From: an uncultured Candidatus Rokubacteria bacterium
Lineage (GTDB): Bacteria > Methylomirabilota > Methylomirabilia > Rokubacteriales > DASRDR01
Direction of reading: 5' to 3'
Assembly: GCA_963708025.1 (NCBI GenBank)
Contig: CAVPSB010000012.1
Location: forward strand, 64,001 to 128,000
Length of the DNA stretch: 64,000 bases
The notes under the pieces were generated by a model that searched no databases, was not told where the DNA came from, and saw only the letters and a list, made by a program, of their open reading frames with translations. Both the position numbers and the translations under genes were made by a program. This document shows positions 1-9,430 of this stretch, piece by piece; position 1 is the stretch's first letter; each line of letters begins with the position of its first letter.

Positions 1-2
1 AC

Positions 3-809
3 GATACCGCGATCAAGCCCTGGGACGTCGGGGTCCACGCCAGCCGGACGACCTTCATCGCCGGCAACGCGGCCCTCCTGGCCGCCGGCGACGTCCGGCG
101 CCAGCTCCTCGCGCTGGCCGCCGAGCAGCTCGACGAGCCCGTGGAGGAGCTGGACTGCGAGGACGGCTTCGTCCTCGTCCGGGGCGCCCCCCAGCGCCGG
201 ATGGCGTACGAGCGGGTCGTGCGCGCGGGTCACTTCCGGGAGGGCGGCCGGATCCTCATGGGGCAGGCCTTCTACGACCCGCCCACCCAGATGCTCGACA
301 AGGACTTCCGAGGCAACGTGTCGGTGACCTACGCCTTCGCCGCCCAGGCCGCGCTGGTCGAGGTGGAGGAGGGGACCGGGAAGATCGAGGTGCTGCGAGT
401 GGCCTCCGCCCACGACGTGGGGCGGGCGCTCAACCCGGTCGGCTGCGAGGGCCAGATCGAGGGCGGCATCCATATGGGGCTCGGCTACTGCCTGACCGAG
501 GAGCTGAAGCTCCGGGACGGCCGGGTCCTGAACCCGGGCTTCCTCGACTACAAGCTCTTGACCGCGCCCGACATGCCGGAGATCCTCGTCACGCTCATCG
601 AGACGGTGGACGAGGCGGGGCCGTTCGGGGCCAAGGGGCTGGGCGAGTCGGGGACCATCCCGATCTCGGCGGCGGTGGCGAACGCCGTCAAGGATGCCGT
701 CGGCGTGCGCATGACGGAGTTGCCGATGACGCCGGAGCGCGTGTACCGGGCGATGCGGGCCAGGGGTCAGGCCCCTCACCAGGCACAGCCGGGTGCCCAG
801 CACCCGTGA
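3..809 (+). CDS. Xanthine dehydrogenase-family molybdopterin-binding subunit (C-terminal part; 5' end outside window)
   Basis: Frame is open from position 3 ([23 protein letters not shown]); motifs [34 protein letters not shown]. Confidence 0.9.
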   Translation, partial: DTAIKPWDVGVHASRTTFIAGNAALLAAGDVRRQLLALAAEQLDEPVEELDCEDGFVLVRGAPQRRMAYERVVRAGHFREGGRILMGQAFYDPPTQMLDKDFRGNVSVTYAFAAQAALVEVEEGTGKIEVLRVASAHDVGRALNPVGCEGQIEGGIHMGLGYCLTEELKLRDGRVLNPGFLDYKLLTAPDMPEILVTLIETVDEAGPFGAKGLGESGTIPISAAVANAVKDAVGVRMTELPMTPERVYRAMRARGQAPHQAQPGAQHP

Positions 810-864
810 CGGGCGTCGATCGAACCGGAGCACGGGGCCTGACCCCCAGGGGAGGGACGACATC

Positions 865-2425
865 ATGGCGATGAGCCGGCGAGGTTTCCTTCGGACGACG
901 GGTGCGGGGGCGGCGGCGGTCGCGGCGGCGGGCTGGGAGCGGGCGGCGCTGGCCCAGAAGAAGCAAGTGGTGACCATCGCGTTCCCCGAAACGATCACCT
1001 CCTTCGACCCCCACCCGGTGCCCCGCAACACCCCGCGGGAGTCGATGTACGAGTCGGTCTTCGACCGGTTCCTCCAGCAGGACCGCCAGCTCAAGTACCA
1101 GCCCCAGATCGTCGAGTCCTGGCGCTGGGGCCCCGACAAGATGACGATGGACATGAAGATCCGCCAGGGCGTGAAGTTCCACGACGGGTCCGACCTCACC
1201 GCCGAGGACGTCGCCTTCAGCATGGAGCGGCTCAAGGAGGTCTCGATCTACAAGGCCACCTACTCCAAGGTCAAGGAGTACCAGGTCCGGGACAAGGCGA
1301 CGATGCACCTGGTCTTCGAGCGGTTCGACCCCTCGTTTCCGCGCTGGATCGGCTTCCTGGCGTCGTTCGTGATCCCCAAGGCCTACTTCACGAAGCTCGG
1401 TCCCGACGACAAGGCGCGCGGCGAGGAGTTCTCCCGGAAGCCGATCGGCTCCGGCCCCTACCGGGTGGTCTCCTTCACGCCGGGCAGCACCCTCGTGCTC
1501 GAGGCCTTCGACCGGTACTGGAAGGGCGCCCCGCCGATCAAGCGCGCGGTCTTCAAGATGGTGACGGACCCGACCGCGCGGGTGGCCGAGATCCAGTCGA
1601 TGAGCGCCGACATCACCTCGGAGGTCCCGGTCGAGGAGTTCGGGCGGCTCGCCGGTCAGCCCGGCCTCAAGGGCCTCCGGAACCCGATCGCCGACATGGC
1701 GCAGATCTTCCTCAACCCCCGCTTCGCGCCGTTCCAGAAGGAGGAGGTGCGCCTGGCCGTCCACCACGCCATCGACAAGAAGACGCTGGTCGAGAAGGTG
1801 CTGCTGGGCTTCGGGATCCCGTCCTCCTCCACCGAGGGCCCGCTCTACGACGCCTACGACCCGGGCATCGCCTTCGCCTACGACCCGGCCAGGGCCCGCC
1901 AGCTCCTCCAGCAGGCCGGGTACACGCCGGCCAGCCCGCTGCGGCTCAAGGTCATGACGACGCGCGGCGTCCGGGCCAAGGACTTCGAGGTCATGACGGC
2001 CATCACCCAGATGTGGAAGGACGTCGGGATCGAGGGGGAGCTGGAGGTCGTGACCATTCCCCAGTGGTTCTCCTTCCGGACGCGCCCGCGGGCAGGGCGG
2101 CCAGGACCTGGCGCCGCTGTCGCTCTACTTCTGGTCGAACCCGACCGGCGACCCGATCAACTCGGTCGGCTTCCAGAACAACGCCAAGGGGCCGTTCCGC
2201 GTCTGGGAGTCGGAGGAGATGCCCGCGCTGATCGACCCGGTGTTCGACGAGAAGGACGACGCCAGGCGGATCGCCGCCGCCAAGAAGGCGGCGCGCCACG
2301 TGATCGAGCGGGGCTACGTCATCCCGCTCTTCCAGGTCGTCCAGCCGGTGATCATGAAGAAGGAGCTGAACTACCAGCCCTTCCCGACCGGCGTCCTCGT
2401 CCCCCAGGAGATGTCCTGGACCTGA
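865..2425 (+). CDS. ABC transporter substrate-binding protein, family 5 (Dpp/Opp-like), Tat signal; frameshifted near 2085-2100
   Basis: SD GGAGGG then ATG 865; MSRRGFL twin-Arg; [23 protein letters not shown]-terminus continues in another frame ([14 protein letters not shown]...EMSWT*). Confidence 0.85.
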
Positions 2426-2449
2426 GCCTTGGCACGATTCCCTTCCGCT

Positions 2450-2492
2450 CCCTCTCCCCCGTTCAGGGGGAGAGGGCGGGGGTGAGGGGGGC
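2450..2492. repeat. REP-like hairpin CCCTCTCCCCC-gttca-GGGGGAGAGGG followed by GGGGTGAGGGG
   Basis: Perfect 11-bp stem 2450-2460/2466-2476; resembles a widespread intergenic repeat type. Confidence 0.7.
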
Positions 2493-2505
2493 ATCCAGTC
2501 TCGCG

Positions 2506-2910
2506 ATGAAGCCGATCCGGGTCTTGATGGCCAAGGTCGGCCTCGACGGCCACGACCGCGGGATCAAGGTGGTGGCGCGTTACCTCCGCGACGCCGGCAT
2601 GGAGGTCATCTACACGGGGCTCCACCGGACACCCGAGCAGGTGGTGGCGATGGCGGTCCAGGAGGATGCCGACGTCCTGGGCATCAGCATCCTGTCGGGC
2701 GCCCACATGACGGTCATCCCGCGGGTGCTCGAGCTGCTCCGGGGCGCCGGGGCCGGCGACATCCTCGTGGTGGCCGGGGGCGTCATGCCGGACGAGGACG
2801 TGCCCGCGCTCAAGGCGATGGGGGTCGCCGACGTGCTCCTCCAGGAGACCCCGCCGGAGGCGATCACCGCCCGCATCCGCGAGCTGGTCGAGGAGCAGAC
2901 CCGGCGCTGA
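2506..2910 (+). CDS. hcmB: Cobalamin-binding small subunit of acyl-CoA mutase (HcmB-like)
   Basis: [10 protein letters not shown] (DxHxxG B12 motif), SILSGAH; clustered with hcl and hcmA. Confidence 0.8.
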   Translation: MKPIRVLMAKVGLDGHDRGIKVVARYLRDAGMEVIYTGLHRTPEQVVAMAVQEDADVLGISILSGAHMTVIPRVLELLRGAGAGDILVVAGGVMPDEDVPALKAMGVADVLLQETPPEAITARIRELVEEQTRR

Positions 2911-2917
2911 GGACGGC

Positions 2918-4375
2918 GTGAGCGTAGGGATCGACCTGGAGGCTCTTCGGCGGCAGGGCATTGACCTGACAGTCTGGCCGCCCCGCTACGATCCGGCCTA
3001 CCGGCCGCCGCCGGAGGCCGAGCATTGGCTGCCCGAACTGGAGTGCGCGGAGCCGCCCGCGCGCGACGCGGTCATTCTCGCCAAGCTCGAGCGCCAGCTC
3101 GAGTACGCCTGGACCCGGAGCCCCTTCTATCGCCGGCGCTGGGAGGCGGCCGGTGTCTCGCCGGCGAGCCTGACCCGGCTCGACGACCTCCGGCGCTTCC
3201 CGGTGGTGCAGAAGGCGGACCTGCGGGCTGCCCAGGCCGAGGCCCCTCCGTTCGGCGACTACCTCTGCGTCGAGCCCGGCCAGGTCGCCCGCATCCACGG
3301 GACCAGCGGGACCACCGGCCGGCCCACCGTCTTCGGCATCGCCGCCGAGGACTGGGCGCGGACCGCCGAGGCCCACGCGCGGGTCATGTGGGGCGCCGGG
3401 CTCCGGCCCGCAGACCGCATCCTGATCTGCTCGTTCTTCAGCCTCTACCTGGGATCGTGGGGCGCGCTGGCCGGCGGGGAGCGACTCGGGGCCACGATGT
3501 TCCCGTTCGGGGCCGGCGCCGCCGGCCAGACGCTGATGGCTGTCGAGTGGGCGCGGGAGATCCGGCCCACCGCCTTCTACGGCACCCCGTCCTACGCCCT
3601 CCACTTCGCCGAGACCGCGCGGCGCGAGGGGGTGGACCCGCGGTCGCTGGGATTCCGCACGCTCTTCTTCTCGGGCGAGCCCGGCGCCGGCATCCCGGCC
3701 ACCAAGGGGCTCATCGAGGCGACCTTCGGCGGCGTCTGCGTCAACATGGGGAGCATGGCCGAGATGACTCCCTGGATGAGCAGCGCCGAGTGCCGGCATC
3801 GGACCGGCATGCACCTCTGGCAGGACATCGTCTACACCGAGGTCTGTGATCCCGACACCCACGCGCCCGTGCCCTTCGGCCAGGAGGGGACGCCCGTCTA
3901 TACCCACCTCGAGCGCGTCTCGCAGCCGATGATCCGCCTCGTCTCCGGTGACCGCACCCGGTGGGTGAACGAGCCGTGCCCGTGCGGCCGGACGTATCCG
4001 CGGCTCCCCGACGGGATCTACGGCCGGTTCGACGACATGCTGATCGTGCGGGGTGAGAACATCTACCCGAGCGCCATCGAGGACACCCTGCGGGCCATCG
4101 ACGGGTTCGGCGGCGAGTTCCGGGTCATCGTGACACGGCGGGAGGCGATGGACGAGCTGCTGGTCCGGGCCGAGTACGCGCCCGCCCATGCCGCCCCCGC
4201 GGCTCAGGAAGTGCTCCAGCGGGCGATGCGCGAGCGGCTGCGGGCGCGGCTCGGGGTCCATCCGGTCGTGGACCTCGTCCCCCACGGGACGCTGTCCCGC
4301 TCGGAGTTCAAGGCCCGCCGGGTGGTGGACGACCGGGAGCTCTACCGAGACATGAGGAAGGCCGCGAGCGTGTGA
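2918..4375 (+). CDS. hcl: 2-hydroxyisobutyrate-CoA ligase-like (PaaK family)
   Basis: HGTSGTTGRPT, FSLYLGSWGALAG, GTPVYTHLER, RGENIYPS; lies between the two mutase subunits as in described hcm clusters. Confidence 0.75.
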   Translation: MSVGIDLEALRRQGIDLTVWPPRYDPAYRPPPEAEHWLPELECAEPPARDAVILAKLERQLEYAWTRSPFYRRRWEAAGVSPASLTRLDDLRRFPVVQKADLRAAQAEAPPFGDYLCVEPGQVARIHGTSGTTGRPTVFGIAAEDWARTAEAHARVMWGAGLRPADRILICSFFSLYLGSWGALAGGERLGATMFPFGAGAAGQTLMAVEWAREIRPTAFYGTPSYALHFAETARREGVDPRSLGFRTLFFSGEPGAGIPATKGLIEATFGGVCVNMGSMAEMTPWMSSAECRHRTGMHLWQDIVYTEVCDPDTHAPVPFGQEGTPVYTHLERVSQPMIRLVSGDRTRWVNEPCPCGRTYPRLPDGIYGRFDDMLIVRGENIYPSAIEDTLRAIDGFGGEFRVIVTRREAMDELLVRAEYAPAHAAPAAQEVLQRAMRERLRARLGVHPVVDLVPHGTLSRSEFKARRVVDDRELYRDMRKAASV

Positions 4376-4451
4376 AGGAATCGTTCCTCCGACTCCCCCC
4401 TCCCCCCGGTGGGTGGGGGAGGGGGGTTGGGGGGGAGGCGGGAGGTCCCGG
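4366..4451 (+). repeat. G/C-tract intergenic repeat, family A
   Basis: GAGCGTGTGAAGGAAT...CCTCCGACTCCCCCCTCCCCCCGG...GGGGGAGGGGGG...GGCGGGAGGTCCCG, shared with copies at 16.3, 20.6, 26.8, 33.3 and 61.7 kb. Confidence 0.85.
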
Positions 4452-6134
4452 ATGTACGACGCTGAGGCGATCAAGCGGATCACCGCCATGCGGAAGGACT
4501 GGGAGGCGAGCGAGCTGCGGGCGTTCCGCGCCCGCCAGCCCGAGGCGCGGGAGCGGTACACGACGGGCTCGGGGATCCCGGTGCATCGCGTCTACACCCC
4601 CGAGGACGTCGCCGGCACCCCGTTCGAGGAGATCGGCCTGCCCGGCCGCTACCCGTTCACCCGGGGGCCGTACCCGACGATGTACCGGGGCCGGCTCTGG
4701 ACCATGCGCCAGATCGCCGGCTACGGCACCGGCGAGGACACCAACCGCCGCTTCCGCTACCTGATCGACCAGGGGCAGACGGGGCTCTCGGTCGACTTCG
4801 ACATGCCGACCCTGATGGGCTACGACTCCGACGACCCCCGCTCGCTGGGGGAGGTCGGGCGGGAAGGGGTGGCGGTCGACACGATCGAGGACGTCGAGGC
4901 CCTGTTCGACGGGATCGACCTGGAGCGCATCTCGGTCTCGATGACGATCAACCCCACCGCCTGGATCCTCCTCGCCATGTACGTGGCGGTGGCGGAGGCG
5001 CGCGGGCTCGACCCGAACAAGCTGTCGGGGACGGTCCAGGCCGACATCCTCAAGGAGTACGTCGCCCAGAAGGAGTGGATCTTCCCCATCCGGCCCTCGA
5101 TGCGGCTCGTCCGGGACCTGATCGTCTTCGGCGCCGGGCGCCTGGCCCGCTACAACCCGATCAACATCAGCGGCTACCACATCTCGGAGGCGGGGGCGAC
5201 CCCGGTCCAGGAGGTCGCCTTCACCATGGCGAACGCCATCGCCTACGTGGAGGAGGTGCGGGCCACCGGGCTGGCCGTGGACGCCTTCGCCCCGCGGCTG
5301 GCGTTCTACTTCATCGCCCAGGCCGACTTCTTCGAGGAGGTGGCCAAGTTCCGGGCCGCCCGGCGCGTCTGGGCCAAGCTGATGCGCGAGCGCTTCGGCG
5401 CCCGGAAGCCCGAGTCGATGCGGCTCCGCTTCCACTGCCAGACGGCGGCGGCCACCCTCACCAAGACCCAGCCCTACAACAACGTCGTCCGCACCGCGCT
5501 ACAGGCCCTCTCGGCGGTCCTGGGCGGCGCCCAGTCGCTCCACACCAACGGGCTCGACGAGGCCTACGCGATCCCGTCGGAGGAGGCGATGAAGCTGGCC
5601 CTCCGGACCCAGCAGATCATCGCCGAGGAGACCCGGGTGCCGAGCGTCATGGACCCGCTCGGCGGCTCCTGGTACGTCGAGTCGCTGACCAACCGGATCG
5701 AGGCCGAGGTCGTCGCGATCCTGGCCAAGGTGGACGCGATGGGCGGGACGCTGGCCGCCGTCGAGGCGGGGTGGTTCCAGCGCGAGATCGCGGACGCCGC
5801 CTACGCGTTCGCCCGGCGCAAGGCGGCCGGGGAGCAGGTCGTCGTCGGCGTCAACCGCTACGCCGAGCCCGACGGGCCGGCGAAGCTGGAGATCCACCGC
5901 GTGGATCCGGGCGTGGAGGCCCGCCAGGTCGCCCGGGTGCAGGAGGTCCGCCGCCGCCGCGACCCGGCCCAGGTGGCGGCGCTGCTCGACCGCCTCGAGC
6001 GCGAGGCCCACGACCCCGCGGTGAACCTCCTGCCGGTGACCATCGAGCTGGTGAAGGTGCGCGCCACCCTCGGCGAGATCGTCGCTCGCCTCCGCGGCGT
6101 CTTCGGCTCTTACGTGGAGACCCCGGTATTCTGA
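4452..6134 (+). CDS. hcmA: 2-hydroxyisobutyryl-CoA mutase large subunit (HcmA-like)
   Basis: Acyl-CoA mutase motifs; TMRQIAG has Ile where MCM has Tyr and ICM has Phe; LSVDFDMPT, QADILKEY, HCQTAAATLT, C-terminal ETPVF. Confidence 0.8.
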   Translation: MYDAEAIKRITAMRKDWEASELRAFRARQPEARERYTTGSGIPVHRVYTPEDVAGTPFEEIGLPGRYPFTRGPYPTMYRGRLWTMRQIAGYGTGEDTNRRFRYLIDQGQTGLSVDFDMPTLMGYDSDDPRSLGEVGREGVAVDTIEDVEALFDGIDLERISVSMTINPTAWILLAMYVAVAEARGLDPNKLSGTVQADILKEYVAQKEWIFPIRPSMRLVRDLIVFGAGRLARYNPINISGYHISEAGATPVQEVAFTMANAIAYVEEVRATGLAVDAFAPRLAFYFIAQADFFEEVAKFRAARRVWAKLMRERFGARKPESMRLRFHCQTAAATLTKTQPYNNVVRTALQALSAVLGGAQSLHTNGLDEAYAIPSEEAMKLALRTQQIIAEETRVPSVMDPLGGSWYVESLTNRIEAEVVAILAKVDAMGGTLAAVEAGWFQREIADAAYAFARRKAAGEQVVVGVNRYAEPDGPAKLEIHRVDPGVEARQVARVQEVRRRRDPAQVAALLDRLEREAHDPAVNLLPVTIELVKVRATLGEIVARLRGVFGSYVETPVF

Positions 6135-6159
6135 CTCGCGTCGGAACGCGCCTCCTCGG

Positions 6160-6285
6160 ATGCGAGGGTCGTCGGCCGCTCCAGGAGGCGGTGAGGACGA
6201 TCACGGGCACACGCCGCTCTTCGACGCCAGGAAAGCCGGGCACTTGGCGATGGCCGAGTTCCTCAGCCGCCGCGGGGCTCGGTAG
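6160..6285 (+). pseudogene. Single ankyrin-repeat remnant (41-aa ORF)
   Basis: Manual translation: MRGSSAAPGGGEDDHGHTPLFDARKAGHLAMAEFLSRRGAR*, matching the ankyrin consensus D..G.TPL..A...GH..+..+L...GA. Confidence 0.55.
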
Positions 6286-6314
6286 CCCGGCCTGCCAGCT
6301 CCCAAACCAGCCTC

Positions 6315-6361
6315 TTGACAATCCGGCGCATCGCATATTGTATACAGCGCATACAATGTGC
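6315..6361 (+). promoter_or_regulatory. sigma70-type promoter with overlapping palindromic operator (probable GntR site)
   Basis: TTGACA at 6315; palindrome GCATATTGTAT-n7-ATACAATGTGC at 6333-6361 containing TGTATACA; directly upstream of the gntR gene. Confidence 0.7.
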
Positions 6362-6375
6362 AGCCGGAGAGGCGC

Positions 6376-7136
6376 GTGACCCGCCGCTCGACCCTGCGCC
6401 GCGTCCCGACCACCCGGCGCTCGGCCCCCCGCCGCCCGCCGGCTCGGCCGGGGGCGGCCCGGCCGGCCGAGGCGACGGCGCTCTTTCCCGAGCCCCTCCA
6501 GCACCAGACCCTGGAGGAGATGGCCTACCGCCACATCCGCCGGGCGCTGGTGGAGGGCCAGCTGGCGCCCGGCCAGCGGATCGTCGCCGCCGCCGTCGCC
6601 AAGGCCGCCGGCATCAGCCGCATCCCGGTCATGCAGGCGCTGCGGCGGCTCGAGAGCGAAGGGTTCGTGCGGATCAACCCGCACAAGGACGTCGTCGTCG
6701 CCAGCCTGTCCCCCGAGGAGTTCCGGGAGCGCTTCCTCCTCATGGGCGCCCTGGAGGCGCTCTGCCTCCGGGAGGCCGACGGCAAGATCGCGCCGGCCCT
6801 GCTCGAGCGCCTGCGGGGACTCCAGGAGGAGATCATCGCGGCCCGAGCCGCCGGCAACACGGCGCGGGCCGTCGCCGCCGACAGCGAGTTCCACCGCCTG
6901 CTGTGGGAGGTCTCGGGGCTGAAGCAGGTGGTCCAGGTGCTCCAGAACGTCTGGGACCGGGGCGAGTACTACCGGGTGATCATGCACGCGCGGCGGGGTG
7001 GCTTCGCCGCGGAGTCGATCGCCGAGCACGAGGAGGTCCTGAAGGCGCTGGAGGCGCAGGACGTCGGCCCGGGCCGCCCGGGCCATCGAGGCCCACCGGC
7101 TCGCCGGCGATGCACCGCCTCGCGGAAACCAGCTGA
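6376..7136 (+). CDS. GntR family regulator (FCD domain); indels near 7065-7105
   Basis: HTH GQLAPGQRI...GISRIPVMQALRRLESEG; DSEFHRLL, EHEEVL; likely true end ...MHRLAETS* in another frame. Confidence 0.85.
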
Positions 7137-7176
7137 GCGCGTCATTCCACCACCACGTCACCAAGGAGGGCCGATC

Positions 7177-8463
7177 ATGTCGAACGGAACCCGGGGGTTG
7201 ACCCGACGCGAGCTGCTCAAGGGGGGTGCCGCCATCGGCGCCGGCGTCGGCTTCATCGGCAACTGGCGCTGGGCGCGAGCGCAGGCCAAGAAGCCCATCG
7301 TGATCGGCCTCACCTGCGACGCGACCGGCACCTTCGCCGACAGCGGCCAGGCCGACCGCCGGGGCATGATCCTGGCCATCGAGGAGCAGAACGCCAGGGG
7401 CGGCGTGCTGGGCCGCCCGATCGAGCACCGCTGGGAGGACACCGAGACCGACGCCTCGGTGGCGGTGCGGAAGGCCCAGCGGCTCATCGAGCGGGACAAG
7501 ATCGACTTCATGATGGGCGCTCTGTCGAGTGGCGTGGCCGCCCCGCTGTCGGAGCTGGCCCAGCGCCACGGGATCATCTACTTCAACTCGAACTCGAGCG
7601 CCGACACCGTGTCGGGCGAGAAGTGCCAGCGGGTGAACTTCGTCTGGGACGCCAACAACTGGATGTTCGCCAACGCGCTGGGGCCGCTGGTGGTGAAGAA
7701 CCTGGGCAAGAAGTGGTTCATCCTGACCCACGACTACGTGTGGGGCAAGAACGCCACCGCCGTGACCCGCGACGTGATGAAGAAGGTGGCGGCCGACGAG
7801 GTCGGCGAGCTGTTCGTGCCCCAGGGCACCCGCGACTTCAGCGCCCAGCTCCTGCGGGTGCGGAGCGTCAAGCCGGAGGTCGTGATCGCCAACGTGGCCG
7901 GTATCGAGCAGACGGCCCTCCGCGAGCAGGCCAGCGAGTTCGGCTCCGACAAGGACTCCGCCTGGGTCTTCCCCCAGCAGGACTTCCCGGACCTGGTGAC
8001 GCTCGGGGCCAAGAAGGCCTTCGGCTACTTCTGCACCACCTGGCACTACACGCTGAACGAGCCGGGGGTCAAGGAGCTGACCGAGCGCTTCCGGAAGCGC
8101 TGGGCCGACGCGCCCATTCCCGTGCCCGACAACGTCTCGGTGAACGGCTACCTGGCCGCCCGGGAGCTGCTCCGGGCCATCGAGCGCGCCGGCACCACCC
8201 GGAACCACGAGGTCATCAAGGCCCTCGAGGGCCACGTCATCAAGGACAACTTCCGCAAGTACCCCTCGGTCATCCGCGAGTGGGACCACCTGGTCGGCCA
8301 GATGCTCTACCTGGCCCGGACCAAGAAGCCCGGCGACATGAAGGAGAAGTGGGACATGATCGAGATGATCGCCGACGTGTCGCCCGAGCTGGCCTCGCCC
8401 CCGCGCGAGCTGTCCAAGTGCAAGCTGCAGCCGATCGCGGACACCCCCGTCTACGGGGGGTAG
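7177..8463 (+). CDS. Branched-chain amino acid/organic acid ABC substrate-binding protein (LivK-like), Tat signal
   Basis: SD AAGGAGG; LTRRELLK; NARGGVLGRPIE, DYVWG, GTRDFS. Confidence 0.88.
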   Translation: MSNGTRGLTRRELLKGGAAIGAGVGFIGNWRWARAQAKKPIVIGLTCDATGTFADSGQADRRGMILAIEEQNARGGVLGRPIEHRWEDTETDASVAVRKAQRLIERDKIDFMMGALSSGVAAPLSELAQRHGIIYFNSNSSADTVSGEKCQRVNFVWDANNWMFANALGPLVVKNLGKKWFILTHDYVWGKNATAVTRDVMKKVAADEVGELFVPQGTRDFSAQLLRVRSVKPEVVIANVAGIEQTALREQASEFGSDKDSAWVFPQQDFPDLVTLGAKKAFGYFCTTWHYTLNEPGVKELTERFRKRWADAPIPVPDNVSVNGYLAARELLRAIERAGTTRNHEVIKALEGHVIKDNFRKYPSVIREWDHLVGQMLYLARTKKPGDMKEKWDMIEMIADVSPELASPPRELSKCKLQPIADTPVYGG

Positions 8464-8554
8464 GCTGCGAGACCCCAGGTGGCGGAGGTCCAGGAGGGGG
8501 AGTCGGTCGCGGATCTCCGCCCCGATGACCATATGGTGAACGGATCGTCCACTG

Positions 8555-9430
8555 ATGCCCGATCTCGCCGAGCTGGTCACCCAGCTCCTGAACGGCGTCG
8601 TCCTCGGCCTCCTCTACGCCGTGATCGCCCTGGGCTTCATGCTCATCCTGGGGACGATGGAGGTGATCAACTTCAGCCACGGCGTGCTGTTCGCGCTGGG
8701 GGGGTACCTGGCCCTCACGCTTCAGCCCCACGTCGGCTGGTGGGGCGCCCTGGTCCTGGCCCCGCTCGGGGTGGGGCTGGTCGGGCTCGTCCTCGAGCGG
8801 GGTGTCCGGCGCACCTACGGGAAGGACCCCCTCTTCGGCCTCCTCTTCACGTTCGGGGCCGCGCTGGCCCTGGAGGAGGTCATCCGGATGGTCTGGGGTC
8901 CGCGGGGCTACACGGTGGCCGCGCCCGCCTTCGTGGCCGGGCCGTTCCACTGGGGCTTTCTCTTCTACTCGAAGTACCGGGTCCTGGTGGCGGTGCTCGC
9001 GGTGGCGCTGCTCGCCTTCGTGTGGTGGTTCCTGGAGCGGACGCCGTACGGGGCGATCATCAAGGCCGGCGCCCACGACAGCGAGATGGTGATGGCGCTG
9101 GGGATCGACCTGGCCCGGATGCGGAACCTCGTCTTCGGGCTGGGGACCGTCATGGCCGGGGTGGCCGGGGTCATCGCGGCGCCGATGTGGAGCCTGAAGC
9201 CGACTGTGGGCGCCGAGGCGGTCATGCCCGCGTTCATCGTGGTGGTGATCGGCGGCATCGGCTCGTTCTGGGGCGCCGTCCTCGGCGGCCTCATGCTCGG
9301 CACCGTGAGCGGCCTCAGCAACCTGGTCGTGCCGCGCGGGTCGATCCTCGTCATGTACGTCCTGATGACCGTGATCCTCCTGTGGCGGCCCCGCGGGCTC
9401 GCGGGCCAGAAGAGCATCCTGGAGCTCTGA
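8555..9430 (+). CDS. LivH-type ABC permease
   Basis: QLLNG..LG..Y, INFSHG, VVVIGGIGSFWG. Confidence 0.9.
   Translation: MPDLAELVTQLLNGVVLGLLYAVIALGFMLILGTMEVINFSHGVLFALGGYLALTLQPHVGWWGALVLAPLGVGLVGLVLERGVRRTYGKDPLFGLLFTFGAALALEEVIRMVWGPRGYTVAAPAFVAGPFHWGFLFYSKYRVLVAVLAVALLAFVWWFLERTPYGAIIKAGAHDSEMVMALGIDLARMRNLVFGLGTVMAGVAGVIAAPMWSLKPTVGAEAVMPAFIVVVIGGIGSFWGAVLGGLMLGTVSGLSNLVVPRGSILVMYVLMTVILLWRPRGLAGQKSILEL

Noticed and set aside
2426-2505. Cobalamin riboswitch upstream of hcmB
   Set aside because: Only 80 nt, no B12-box; explained by a REP-like hairpin.
793-2910. Apparent SBP plus B12-binding domain fusion (705 aa)
   Set aside because: Product of an indel near 2090; the SBP ends at 2425 in another frame and hcmB has its own ATG.
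4452-6134. Methylmalonyl-CoA mutase call
   Set aside because: RQIAG instead of RQYAG, and linkage to an hcl-like ligase, favour HcmA.
6358-8463. Apparent GntR-SBP fusion (701 aa)
   Set aside because: Indels near the gntR end; the SBP has its own SD, ATG 7177 and Tat signal.
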